From Haliotis rubra (lineage: Eukaryota), in contig NW_025767547.1 in the NCBI RefSeq assembly GCF_003918875.1, forward strand, positions 124,001 to 188,000: a stretch of DNA of 64,000 nucleotides, written 5' to 3'. Each line of letters begins with the position of its first letter. The first letter of the stretch is position 1. The notes beneath the pieces were generated by a model. The model worked only from the letters and a program-made list of their open reading frames with translations, made no database searches and was not told the origin of the DNA. A program made the translations under genes and the position numbers. Of the stretch, positions 25,389 through 38,900 are shown piece after piece.

Positions 25389-25886
25389 CTCAATAAGATA
25401 CATGTCATCTGTAGCTGGCCTTGGCGTGTACAGTCCGTCTGTATATATTAGAGTGTGTTTTTTTGCTCATGGGCATTTATAAGTGTCGCAGGCCTTGGAG
25501 TTAATCCCTCTGATGACATCTATACCATGTCAGCTTGCTGATGGAGTTAACCTCCTTGGTCATGTGGACAAGGCGTTTGACCTCAGATCAGATGGTCTGT
25601 GGATCAAATCCCACCATGTTACATATGTTAATGCTGTTGTAAATTAATTAATATATTTTAACCCGACTACTACCGAACACTCTGCATTGCACTATTTCCT
25701 GGACGAGTCTCTTCCACACCCCAGAGCATATATCTGGTATGCTTATCCACACCCCAGAACATATGCTTGATATGCTCTGGTGTGGTCATTCACATCCCCC
25801 CAGAGCATATATTTAACATGCTCTGGCATGCCATCCACACCCTTTACAGAGAAATTCAAGATCCCTGCATTGGACCGATTAGACAA

Positions 25887-26525
25887 CTTATCCTTCCCAG
25901 TACACATGACGAGGCAGGACATCAAGGTATTGAGTGTACACTCAGTCTTTTAAGGGATCGTTGTTTCTGGCCAGGCATGTATAAGGATGTGGAGAACTGG
26001 TGCAAAGATTCCACAAGGTGTGCTGTTGCAAAGATGCCACAACCAAAGATTAGACCACCATTTGGCCATCTTCTCGCAACGAGACCCTTAGAAATTGTAG
26101 CCATGGACTTTACTGTTCTGGAGCCCTCTACAAGTGGCAAAGAGAATGTTCCGGTAATCACTGATGCCTTCACATAGTTTACAGTGGCAGTTCCTACGAA
26201 GGACCAAAAAGCAATGACCACAGCTAAGGCATTAGTTTCTGAATGGTTCCACCAATATGAGCCTCCCCAGAGAATTCATTCTGACTAAGATAGGAATTTT
26301 GAGTCAGAGGTAGTAAGCAGTTTATGTTCTCTGTATGGTGTACATGAGAGCCTAACCACTCCATACCACCCTCAAGGAAATGGACAGTGCGAGCGGTTCA
26401 ACAGAACACTACATGAACTGCTTAGAACACTGCCAAAGGATAAAAAGAAGAAATGGCCTGATTATCCTCCGAAATTGTTGTATTATTACTCTACTCCCCA
26501 TTCATCCTCAGGTTTTTCACCATTC
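25887..26525 (+). mobile_element. Ty3/Gypsy integrase relic (pseudogenised)
   Basis: HDEAGHQG...FWPGM...C; PLEIVAMDF; ITDAFT*; RIHSD*DRNFES; TTPYHPQGNGQCERFNRTL. In-frame stops are present. Confidence 0.92.
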
Positions 26526-27208
26526 TGACTTTTATGCAACTCAGAAATGTGCATCCATTATAAACAAATGAATAGAATGGATGCAGAAAAAATATATATT
26601 GCATCCACAGGGTTCACAGTAATATTCATTGAACCAAATTTTCGCCAAGAGCAATCAAGTTCCTGTTGTACCCCCTGTCATGATTTACAGGAGGGTTAAG
26701 TCTAAACAGGATCTGATGAAAACGTCTCAGCAAAACATGTAGGTCACTAACAAATACTAGGTAGCAAGTTGTTGCTACTGTGGGTTTTTTTCAGGTAGCA
26801 AAATAGGATTTTGAATAGCAAATCTGCTACCTCAAAGTGTTAATTTCGAACCCTAACCTCGCATAGATTCTTTGACAGATGTCATAGTCATATAGTTGAT
26901 ATTTTGAGGCATTTCAGAAAGGTTTGTATATTCTCTGGTATCCCTGCAATAATAAATTTATTATTATTTATCCTTTTTTTGTGTTTGTTGTCCCCCAAAC
27001 CCACAGGCAGAAAATTGTTACACATTATTCTTTCATTTTTACTTCAAAACACAAACATTTACAAATATTTTTAACATACATTACAGTGTTTGAAATACCC
27101 CATATATGAGCATGCCATAGCATGGTAAATATTGAAATGTCAGGGATAAAAATATTCTTGCTGCCCTTGCGGAACGCCTAATTGTTTAGGGGCATAACTC
27201 ACCTTTAG

Positions 27209-27540
27209 CAGGGCTCCAGATAAGGGCCGTATCGGCGTATGTACGGATAAAAAATATGCACGATATGGTAGGTTGGAAAACGTAGCAGATACGCACCACG
27301 GCAATGGTGTACAATCTTAGAATCATTTACAGACATATTTATCTGAAAGAGTGTTGTTTTATTGTTCATTGACCTGTTTACACAAGACTAGCAACGTTGT
27401 GGTACATATATGACACGAAACACAAGGTTACTGATGTGCCATTAAATTCCATTCAGTACTCTTAAGATTTTCCCGGTTGTCCTATATTGAAAAAATAAGG
27501 AGTACGTACTCCTGATGTTGAAAAATTATCTGGAGCCCTG
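27209..27540. mobile_element. hAT-like MITE
   Basis: TIRs CAGGGCTCCAGATAA / TTATCTGGAGCCCTG. Confidence 0.75.
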
Positions 27541-28341
27541 TTTAATCATTTAATCCCCAAAACAAAACATGCAAATGACAAACAAGCAAAAACAGTTACT
27601 GACTTTCTCGGCCAGGAAATCACGATGGATGATGTAAAGAAATCTGGTTGTTTGTTTTTTTTAATTTAGAGTGTTGGGAGTTCTGATAGTCCGGTTATTG
27701 AAGAGGAAATTGTGTATGTTAGATATAACGAACAAGTCAACCTGTCACAAAATTCTTAGCTATTAAGGGTGTTGTGAAAGCAGAACAAATGGAGCTTAAG
27801 AAAGCCATCTGAAACAGAAGACATATCAGGGATAACAGAAAATGGGTTACATTTGTTGTTTTCTAACAATAAATTTCAAATGATCATCATCATGGCTACA
27901 GTCATTTATTCTAAAAACTTGATTTCTGAAGGGACATCTAAAGTATTTGTCTAGTGCAATAGGGCACACTTACAAAAACAGTATTTCTATCCCTCTATTA
28001 GCTTCATTTGAATCACATCTGTCAATAGCCAGTGTACACTAATGCCTTGACCTGTTTAGAAAATGTCTGAAAAATAAAATGCCTCCTGCCTCATATTTGG
28101 ATTGAATTATAATTAATTAGTCATCCTCGCCATATTGCAGGTCTTGGGGTCCATGGATGACTCTCATTGTCATGAGACACCCATGTTATAAATAACACGG
28201 AATAAAGGCCAAGTAAAATCAAATTTTCCCTTTTGCATAGCAAAACTGCTTTTTGTGTATCAAAGGAAGAGAGTTTATATGGATGTCAACTTATTTATTA
28301 TGAGGAACACGACGTATATCCTTACTCCTTCATCAGATGAA

Positions 28342-28507
28342 GGGGCGGTGGGGTAGCCTAATGGTTAAAGCGTTGGCTCGTCACGCCGAAGACCCGGGTT
28401 CGAATCCCCACATGGGTACAATGTGTGAAGCCCATTTCTGGTGTTCCCCGCCGTGATGTTGCTGGAATATTGCTAAAAGCGGCGTAAAACCAAACTCAGT
28501 CAGTCAG
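28342..28507 (+). mobile_element. tRNA-derived SINE family 1, young copy
   Basis: A/B boxes (TAGCCTAATGG, GGTTCGAATCC), (CAGT)n tail and a 12-bp TSD TCATCAGATGAA. Confidence 0.9.
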
Positions 28508-28910
28508 TCATCAGATGAATGGATGGCATGAGGCAGGGAGCATGTATGTGTACATGTAAGAACAACAAAAGTCATAAGACAACAAAGATGCAGGCTAAAC
28601 AATGGAAGTCAACATGCAACAGTTAACTGGAGCAATGTGTGATTGGCAAAGGACAAATGGAAGTCAGCACTTACAGTTAATTAGCGCTGAATGGATGCCA
28701 ACACTTAACAGCTAATTAACGCTGAATAGAAGCCAACAGTTAAAAAGTGTCGATAACTGATGGACAGCTGGAAGCCGGATAGTGAATGGATGAAGGGCAG
28801 GTGGGGGGTAGAGAGTAATAGCACCAATAGATAAACGCAACAGAGATTGACAAATTGAGGCCAGAACAAACAAATGGAAGCCAGAAACAAAATAATTAGC
28901 ACCAACATTC

Positions 28911-29760
28911 ATTTAAGAAATACAGTTCGCTCTACCACCATGTATAGTGTAATAAAACACACTTTCGCCCTGAACTATTATAATGTTAAAGTACGAGGAC
29001 GCTTGCGAACTGTATTTCTTTTCTAAGATGCCAAATGTAATACTTTCTAAGGATAATTACGATTAATTTAAGGCCGAAAACAAACGAAGGTGTCGGTGAC
29101 CTAAATTAAGAATCCTGGCACAGGGCTAACTGGCTCGCTGTTCTATTGATGTGTCTGCCCCCCAACGTTAAGACGAACGTTACCAGAAAAAAACAAATGA
29201 TAACAGTTTGATGACGGTTTACGTTCGGATTAAATATCTCCTCTGAATTATTTTAATTACATCTGTCATTAACGTAAACCATATGGGGCAATATGAACGT
29301 CGCATTTCTACTACCAACGTAAGTTTAGATCAGTACATCCAGATGAAGCTGAGTAGTCAAGTGACATTCCACGATTGCATTGTGGGAATGTAAACATTGC
29401 GAACATTACCGTGCCGCTGAAAACTTGTGAGTTAAATTGACACATTTTAACCGTCGTAAAACATAAACGTAATGTTTCCACCAGTGATGTTAGCTGCGTG
29501 AAGCAACTGCAAACCAAGAAAGGGGATGCAACGGAGTAGTTTACTGTAGGAGGCCGTACGAGGCGATGACAACTGACATGCGTCATGACGTCGCTTACAT
29601 TGTGACGTAATGTAAAATGGTTCGATTACGAAGGCGCACACTAGAATGGTGCAGTGACGGGATAACGTCATTAAATTGTTACGTCATCAAAAAACTATAC
29701 ATTTGTTGTCTGATAATGTATTTTATTTTCGATTGTTCTAACAGCTAGGCATCTTAGAAA
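28911..29760 (-). mobile_element. Inverted partial copy of the 21.6-22.9 kb element (matches 21806-22686)
   Basis: About 850 bp of reverse-complement similarity. The ORF track shows near-identical peptides on opposite strands (21984+ vs 29311-). Confidence 0.9.
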
Positions 29761-29943
29761 AAGCAATAAGTACAGACAACAATGAAAGAAGAATGATCAA
29801 AGCAATATAGTCCCAGTCACTGGGCAGGTAAAAACTAATGTACAGTATTGTGAACATACTAGGAAGAAAATGACCTTGTCCACATTTAATGCTGTATTCA
29901 TCCTTCATGCCTCTGTGTTTGTTTCCAGACCCGGTGGGTGAAG

Positions 29944-32900
29944 ATGCAGCTGCCCTGGTTCATCGATGAGTGGGACTCGCTGTTCTGGCAGAAGGTTGCG
30001 GGATTTGCCACCAGTGTTTGTCTTGGCTGGTACATTTTTCACCGGGTCGTGCGGAACAAGAAACTGCACGATCGCATCCAACAGAAACAAAATGAAGTTA
30101 GAAAATCATGTCAGGACTTGGTGGAAAGACTTAGAACAGAAGGGGTGAGATAAAAAATTATTTTAAATGTTGCATGATATCCGGTTGCGTATAATTTGGT
30201 TGGTTGGTTTGTTGTTTAACGCCACGTATAGCTGCGGTCTGAAAATAATCAAATCTGGACCAGACAAACCATTGATCAACTACATGAGCATCAATCTAGG
30301 AAACTGAGATACGATGACATCAAGCAAGTCAGCGAGTCTGACAACCTATCCCGTTAATCACCTTTTACCACAAGCATGGTTCGCTGAAGACCAATTCTAA
30401 CCCGGGTCTTCACAGGTCAATTACATATGAAAGTGATGTTAAACGGTTTACTGCATTGTTCAAGGATAAGAGGAAAGGAAACTTTGAAAGTAATTTTTTT
30501 GGTCATAATTATTGATAGAACTGATCCACAGCAACCCATGCTGGTTGTGAAAGGTGGCTTACTTGATTGTCCCCCACCGCAACGCAGAACGGGGGACTGT
30601 GTATTCAGCAGCGTCCGTCCATACATACGTACATCCCGATTCTTGTTAACGCGATATCTCGTGAACTGTTGTACCCAATGTCTTCAAATTTGGTGACAGT
30701 CTACATTGGGGGATCACACAGACTCCAGTTGATTTGGGTGACCTTGACCTTATTTTCAAGGTCACCATGACGCTGACCACTTTTCAAACTTACATAAACG
30801 CCATATCTCATAAAACGCTTCTATGTTTTCAATTATGTCGACAGCCTACTATTACCTAGACACCAGATATTTCAGGGTGACCTTGACCTTATTTTCAAGG
30901 TCACATGAAACTTTTCAAAATCTTGTCAACGCAATATCTACATCATACAAAAGGTAATCTTCTATGTGACCAAAATATAAAAACTAGTAAATATGTTATA
31001 TTTCATCCTTCTTTAGCAGTGGGGACATTGCCATGTTAGTGGCAGACACTTGTTGAGTGTTGAGATATGGTGGCAAGAACAATTGCCTGTTAGTTTACCT
31101 CAAGGTTGTTGATTGCTGCTCATGATATCAATCACTGGATTATGTGGACCACACAGTTTTCTCTGGCTGCCATTGTACACCTAGAATATGAGAGTGGTGT
31201 AAAACAACCACCATAATAAGTACACCTACCTGAACAGGAATCTAAGTACATGCATCTATAATTACCACATTGTCAGAACCTACATCCAAACATTGCACTC
31301 ACTGTAACAAAGAAGTTGTTCATCCATATATTGTTATCCTTCCTGACTCATGGTTTAGTGATGCATTTTAGGCTGTTTTCTTATCATTTATATGGACAGC
31401 TTTTATAGAGAGTTAGACTTGCAGCAATATTCATGGCAGATAAATAATTATGAATTTCGTTTATTTCCCTGTGATCAGCTGACAGTGCCTCACCGAGAGC
31501 GGATTCTGAGTCTGTCATTGGCTGAACTGCAGGCACAGCTCCAGTCAGGGCAGCTCAAGTGCATGGAGGTGTTACGAGCTTACCAGTCAAAGGTACAAAC
31601 TTCTTGTAATTCTTTCAAAGAGACAATGTTACAATTGAGCTATATTTATAAGAAAACTGTGAAAACCGTATAAGAGCAATTGTTTCTAAAATTTCCAAGT
31701 ATTACATTTGATGCAGTAGTGTGAGACTCAGCATTTGAGCATCTTCCTCCTTCTGATCAGCGATATACAAGTCTCGGTTGCTTAGCCATTAAAATAGTTT
31801 TATCTGTATTAGAATAAATTTGGAACTGTTTTGCTGGTACTTCCTTTCTTGGGGCTGAAAATATATGTCCTAAATATAACAACAAAACCAAAACATAGCT
31901 ATGGATACACAATGCCATTTAGAAAATGGACAAATGTAACATTATATATTTTGGATTTAATTCCTTTGGTTGTTAGAGAAGCATCATGATAATAATACCC
32001 AGCAAGGTGTATAAAAGATATTGAATCGTACTGCGATGTGAGAAAGTTTCCCTCACACAACTACCTTGGAGGTTTTGTAAAATCTGAGATGCAGTTGATT
32101 AATGAGATCGGGTTTTTTGATCAGTCCAAAATGATAATGCCATGTTGTATTTTCTGCTGGGTTTGTCCAGGCGATGGAGATGAACGAGAAGCTGAACTGT
32201 GTGGTTGAGCCGCTGATGGAAGCTGAGGTATGTCACATGATCAAAACTATGTCAATGTCGATGAAGTTGCACAAAGTTCCAGACCACAACTACAATATGA
32301 TATTAACTCAATATCAGAAACTAATTACATTACATTACATTGATATACATTTATGCTAATATCGCATAATGGAATGGTAATTATGGAAATGAACCTTGTT
32401 GTTGCACAAACTAAAAATATATAATTTACATAAAGCTAATATCCAGTCTTAAGAAGACTGCTCAAGAGCTGCTGAACTCTGTCTGCAGTGCTGAACAATT
32501 GAGTTTTTAATCTGGATTTGAAAGTACTGAATGTCTCTACTGATCGAAGAGAGAGGGGTAATTTGTTCAGCAAAGCAGGGCCGACAACCTGAAAAGACCT
32601 TTCACCAAGTGTCCTGGTCCGGCTGACTACTGTCTGGCACATGTGTTGTTGTGATGACCTCAGATGATGTGTTGGTTGATATTATTGCACAAGGTTTGAG
32701 AGATAAACTGGTGCCGTGTTGTGCACCAAAGGCTTTGGAACATCAGTACCAATATTCTGTAATGGATAACGTTGTAGTATTGGTAACCAGTGCAAAGCAG
32801 GGGTTACCCAGATAGGGTGGGTTGTTCAACGTTGGCAATGTTGGCAAAACCATTGCCAACGTTGTGCTTAACGCATCTGAATTATCTGGGTATATGCTCT

Positions 32901-35900
32901 GTTGTTGTTCGGGCAGCTGAGTTCTGGACTCTGTAACTTGCTCAGAAGTATTCTGAATCCCCTGCAGCAGAGCATTGCAATAGTCCAACAGAGATACTAC
33001 ATAGGCTTACATCAATCTTGCAGCAGTTTGCTGAATGATTACTTCCTGATTAAGCTGCATTGCGGATGAAATAGTAGGCATTCTTGCCTAATAGTGCTGT
33101 CAAATATCACCCCAAGATTGCGAGCATGATCAGTGGGTTCAATGATACAACCATTAATTTCGAATTATTGAAGACAACCTGTTGAACTTGAACAGAGAAT
33201 GAGCACTTCTGTTTTGTCTTGATTCAGCTTCAGGAAATGACTGGTCATCCATTTTTTGGATATCAGCAATGCTTTGAATTACCCGAACATGCTGCTCGAG
33301 GATGCGACTGCAGAGGCTTGAAACCAGACTTGGGTATCATTTACAAGTGAAAAGCAAGGTTGTGTGATCGGCTATGTCTCCAAAGAATATAAAATGACAA
33401 ACAGAATCGGACCTGACTGACCCTTGAGGCACTCCAAATTGAAGTTCTTTCTTCTCCGAAATTGTTCCACAACTGACTGATGTCGGTTTGATAAGACCCT
33501 GATCCAATTTTAACTAAAGACTCCTCACTCTCAAATAACCTCCAGTACATATGGATCATATGGGAATAACCCAAATTTATCTAGGGTTCGCAATATTATC
33601 GCAATATGGTGACACAGCCAGAGCAATCATTGAGTTACTAGGAAAGGGAAGTAACTCCTACATGTACAGTCATTAAATCTTATAGTTATTTATCCAGGAT
33701 TCTAAACTGAGTGACCTTCCGAGGCAGAAAAATTGCTATTTTGTTTGAAATTGAAAAATTAACAATATTATTTCACGTTCTTATTTTCTCAGTTTCTTTA
33801 TCTCAATTGCTTGCTAATGTATCTACCCCCATGTATTGCCACAATTTGCTGTGCAGAGTTTTCTCCCTTGAGCAAAAAAGTCTGTTTGTGGCTTCAAATC
33901 CTGCTTGGCCCTGTATATGTTTCTAGGTGTGTCAGGACCATACCCAGTTGTCATTAAATTGTCTGTTTATAACTGGTGTAGTGTTCATAGCGGAATTTCA
34001 CCCAACGCATTCACTCACTCACTCTACGGTGTCAAACAGCAGTCAGTGATTTTTCGTAGGAAAATAGATACATTTGTAAAACGGAGGTTTTGTCTGCAGG
34101 AACAGGCTGCTAAGCTGGATCGTCAGAGGAGCAAGAAAGGACCGCTTCATGGGGTCCCGATCAGCATCAAGGAGGCCTTCTATGTCAAGGTTAGTTTTGT
34201 TTACAGAATTATCTTCTGGATTCAAAAGCCACAACAAATCATTGAAAAGGATGTGAAAATAGTTAAGATTTCATTTTATGAACCATGTGATCCACTTAAA
34301 TAATAAACGCTCCACAGTAGACTAAGAATATGACGAACTCAAAGGAACCACTAATTATGGTTTGTTAATATACTACAAACAAAAAGTATGGGAACACCCT
34401 AAACTTTGATAGTCACATATAAACTTAAACGTGACGAGGTCATTTATACTTTAAAGTAAATGCAACGTTTTGTGTGCTTAATGGGCACTTTGAATGACAT
34501 GTTGGAACATGCAGTGAAGCAACTGATTCAATATTCGTTGAGTTTGAGTGAAATGAAACATTGTCAAAAACAGCGAAAAACAAGGGTGCTGAAACACACC
34601 AGCACCATGTTTGATTCAAACGCCCAAACACAACACTCTAGTGCATGTGGAAGACAGACTTCCCATGCAGCTTGTGGGAACATTTCCTTTAAAAGAAGCT
34701 ACAGATAGTATTGAAGCCTCACAACTTCTTCACCATGCCACAGAGCAGACCGTTAAGCGCCAAAGACAGAAGCAGGGCCATTGCATGGTTACAGGATGGT
34801 GAATCCATAAGAAGTGTTCCTCGCCGTCTTCTGGTATCTCCCTCTGTCATTCACAGACTGAGGACATATTAATATTTTTTACACCTGTCGTATCTGATGG
34901 CCATGTCAACTGCTCCCTTAAGGGAACCATTAAAGGAATATTTGTGTTCCGAGTCTAGTTGAACATTGCTGTATAGAGGTGGTAAAGAAACCAAATTGTT
35001 TCAGAAATTGAAAGCTGACAACTGTTTGGCCCATAAACTTTCATTTAGAATGGCCAGTAGAGTTTACTGATGGTTTCCCTGTCAGGACGTCTTGTGAGGA
35101 ATTTTCAGATCTTTCTACAGAGGGATAACGGAGTGCTGTAAATTATATAACTTTGATGGAATTGTATAGGTCCAATTAACAAGGTCTGCATGTCCACAGG
35201 GATACGACTGTACGGCAGGGATGCAGCACTTCATACACAAGCCTCTGGACCACGATGCTCCTTACATACAGGTCAGCCATTGTACTGAAACACCTTGTTG
35301 CTTTTTGATTATTATCAGATATATATTTAAGTCCATGTCAATAATTGAGGTTTCAGCATCAGGGTGAAGAAAATCAACTGTTGATAACCCTGAACTTTGG
35401 ATGTATATCTATATATGAGAATAGAGATGTCAGTTGTGTGTAACATGGCTATGTACAATTTAAGCAAATTGAATGATTTAATACAGCCATGAATTTTTAA
35501 TTCGTTAGGGGCGCAGAGTGTATTAATTAGTTTCATTTTTTCACTTTATGTATGGAAATGGTTACATTTATGTACATGTATTTCGCACTTATTTTAAGAG
35601 ACTAGGGTTGGGTATTGCCAAAATTTTCGTTTTGCGATATATTGTGACATGTGTTGACATATTGCAACATGTATTGCAATATTTTGTGAAAGTGTAACAC
35701 ATGGTTTAAGGTAATGAAATTACTGTTTCCTTTCTTTTGAAATAATGCCACTGGCCACTGTCAGGACTCAGATGTCATTGTACAAAAAGCGTCTGCAGCG
35801 GCTTATTTGTTGGTTTATCACTACCAATCTATTTTTTTAATTTATGTGGTTTAAAAGTCAAGCAAATGCAATTATATGACCAATAAACATTCTCAAAACT

Positions 35901-38900
35901 ATTAATGCATAAAAATATAAAGGAAATACAAATGTTATTAGTATTTTTGACTACATCACGAAAATTACCAATCATGGTCACGGAAATTGCCGATCGTAAT
36001 GGGGGGAACCAGTTCGCGAAAAGTGTACAACAATATATCGTATTGTAATGTTCGAATTGCAATATACCGGTTAACCAGTATTATCATCCAAAATGTTCCA
36101 CAGGAGATATATCGCTTGTGTGAGATCAAGCGATATCTCCCTAGGAGATATCGTTTTGACAGTAGACTTTGTACAATGCCCTGACAATGCTATGACGTCA
36201 TGTACTTGATGGCGTCACAATGCTATGACATCGCTGCACTGCAAGTCTAATGGCAGTACCATGTCCAGAGATGTACATTTTTCATTGAAAATTAATGAGG
36301 AGTGATTTTGGATGATAAATAGAATCTCACCTCGTAGTGATCTTCTGATATCAAAATATCAACACTCGTTGATAAAGTAAAAATATCCTCGGCAAGCCTG
36401 GGATATTTGTAACTTTATCAACTTCGTGTTGATATAATTGATATCAGAAGACACTTGGGTGAATTCTCTATTTATAGCCAGCCATATAAGAGACTTTGAA
36501 TCTTCTTAAAATCACTGAAAAACAAGTCACAGTCATGATTTGGTTCAGTTGAAGCGACACAATAATATACAAGTAACAATTATATTTGGTTCTCACAGTT
36601 ATTTTTTCTGGAAGATAGAAAATGCTTGAGGGTTAAGTTTCATAAAACAGAAGCGCAGGTGTTTTTTCTAACTGAGAGCTTTCCCACCAAATCTGACAAT
36701 TAAAACATTCATATATATCTGTGTCAAATATAATTTAGAAAAGGGAGTAAAATATTACTTGCTGGTGTACATGTACTTGAAGAGATTCTTAAAAGTAATG
36801 TGAATTCTCAGCACTTCTGTATCATGATTCAGTCAAGGCACTAAAAATACATAGGTTGGATCCATTAGATATAAACAATATATTTGCCGTTGGATTTTTT
36901 ATTATTCTGTCCCATGAACTCCGTCTTCAAATACAAAATAAATCTTTAAGGACATTCACATGTTACCATATCGCTGTAAGAGGTGAGATATTTAATACTG
37001 TTTATGAGATTTAACCCAAATGGCAAACTTAAGGATACCATCACTGTATGTTGAAATAGTTAAGTGAGATGTTTCTGTCTGAATGTTGTGGGTTTGCTGC
37101 AGGTGTTGAAATCTCAAGGCGCCATTCCGTTTGTCCGCACCAACATTCCCCAGACTATGATGACGTGAGTACTGCCCACTTTGGCCGCCCTTCCCCTTAA
37201 GATGTTGCTCATGATATCAATCACTGGTTTGTCTGGCTCAACCTGATTTTTTATGGGTTGCCATCATAAGGCTGGAATATTTCTGAACAATGAATTTTGG
37301 ACTTTTGGATCTTTTGTCTTTGTGCAAGGGTTATCCCCCTTTGTTTTATGTGCCAAACTGATTCATATGATGTTACTGTGGGATTCTGGGTAAGAACATA
37401 AGTCTCAGCATCCAGGACTTGTAATAAGAGATGGATCAGGTCATCTGACTTAGTTGGCGCATGTGTGCTTATCTCATTTGTGTAGATTGAGGCTTATGCC
37501 ATCAATCACCAGATTATCAAGTCCAGATCTGATTATTTACAGACAATATGTACAGCTAAATTGCTGTGAATAGCTGCTAGATAGCTGATGCAGCATTAAC
37601 CAATATTCACTCGCTCACATTAGCTGGAATATTGCCAAGTGCCCCATTAAACAACAAACAAACAAACAAACACATGTATGTTATTTATTTCAGATTCGAC
37701 AGCTCCAATCCTATATATGGGGAGACTCTAAACCCTCACGATCTGTCCCGTAGCCCTGGTGGTTCATCAAGTGGTGAGGGGGCGCTCATTGCGTCAGGGG
37801 GATCCTGTCTGGGTTTGGGGAGCGACATTGGCGGCAGTATCCGTATCCCGTCCCACATGTGTGGTGTGTGTGGCCTCAAACCGACCGTGGAGAGACTAGG
37901 GTAAGCTAGTCATACAATACCGTGGCCTCAATCCGACCGTGGAGAGACTTGGGTAAGCTAGTCATACAATACCGTGGCCTCAATCCGACCGCGGAGAGAC
38001 TTGGGTAAGCTATTCATACAATACCGTGGCCTCAATCCCCGTGAGAGACTGGGTAAGCTTGTCCGCGTGGCCTCAATCCGACCGCGGAGAGACTTGGGTA
38101 AGCTAGTCATACAATACCGTGGCCTCAATCCGACCGTGGAGAGACTTGGGTAAGCTAGTCATACAATACCGTGGCCTCAATCCGACCGTGGAGAGACTTG
38201 GGTAAGCTAGTCATACAATACCGTGGCCTCAATCCGACCGTGGAGAGACTTGGGTAAGCTAGTCATACAATACCGTGGCCTCAATCCGACCGTGGAGAGA
38301 CTTGGGTAAGCTAGTCATACAATACCGTGGCCTCAACCGACCGTGGAGAGACTTGGGTAAGCTTAGTCATACAAACCGCGTGGCCTCAAACCGGCAGCGG
38401 AGAGACTTGGGTAAGCTAGTCATACAATACCGTGGCCTCAAACCGAATCGTGGAGAGACTTGGGTAAGCTAGTCATACAATACCGTGGCCTCAAACCGAC
38501 CGTGGAGAGACTTGGGTAAGCTAGTCATACAATACCGTGGCCTCAAACCGACCGTGGAGAGACTTGGGTAAGCTAGTCATACAATACCGTGGCCTCAAAC
38601 CGACCGTGGGAGAGACTTGGGTAAGCTAGTCATACAATACTGTGGCCTCAAACCGACTGTGGAGAGACTTGGGTAAGCTAGTCATACAATACCGTGGCCT
38701 CAAACCGACCGTGGAGAGACTTGGGTAAGCTAGTCATACAATACCGTGGCCTCAAACCGACTGTGGAGAGACTTGGGTAAGCTAGTCATACAATACCGTG
38801 GCCTCAAACCCGACCGTGGAGAGAGACTTGGGTAAGCTAGTCATACAATACCGTGGCCTCAAACCTCAAACCGACGTGGAGAGACTTGGGTAAGCTAGTC

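Noticed and set aside
28342-28420. tRNA gene
   Set aside because: The tRNA-like head continues into a shared body, microsatellite tail and TSD, and recurs at least seven times, so it is a SINE.
37870-37952. Intron gain by tandem duplication of an AG|GT site
   Set aside because: The unit offers no usable acceptor, and the true acceptor lies in unique sequence at 41049.
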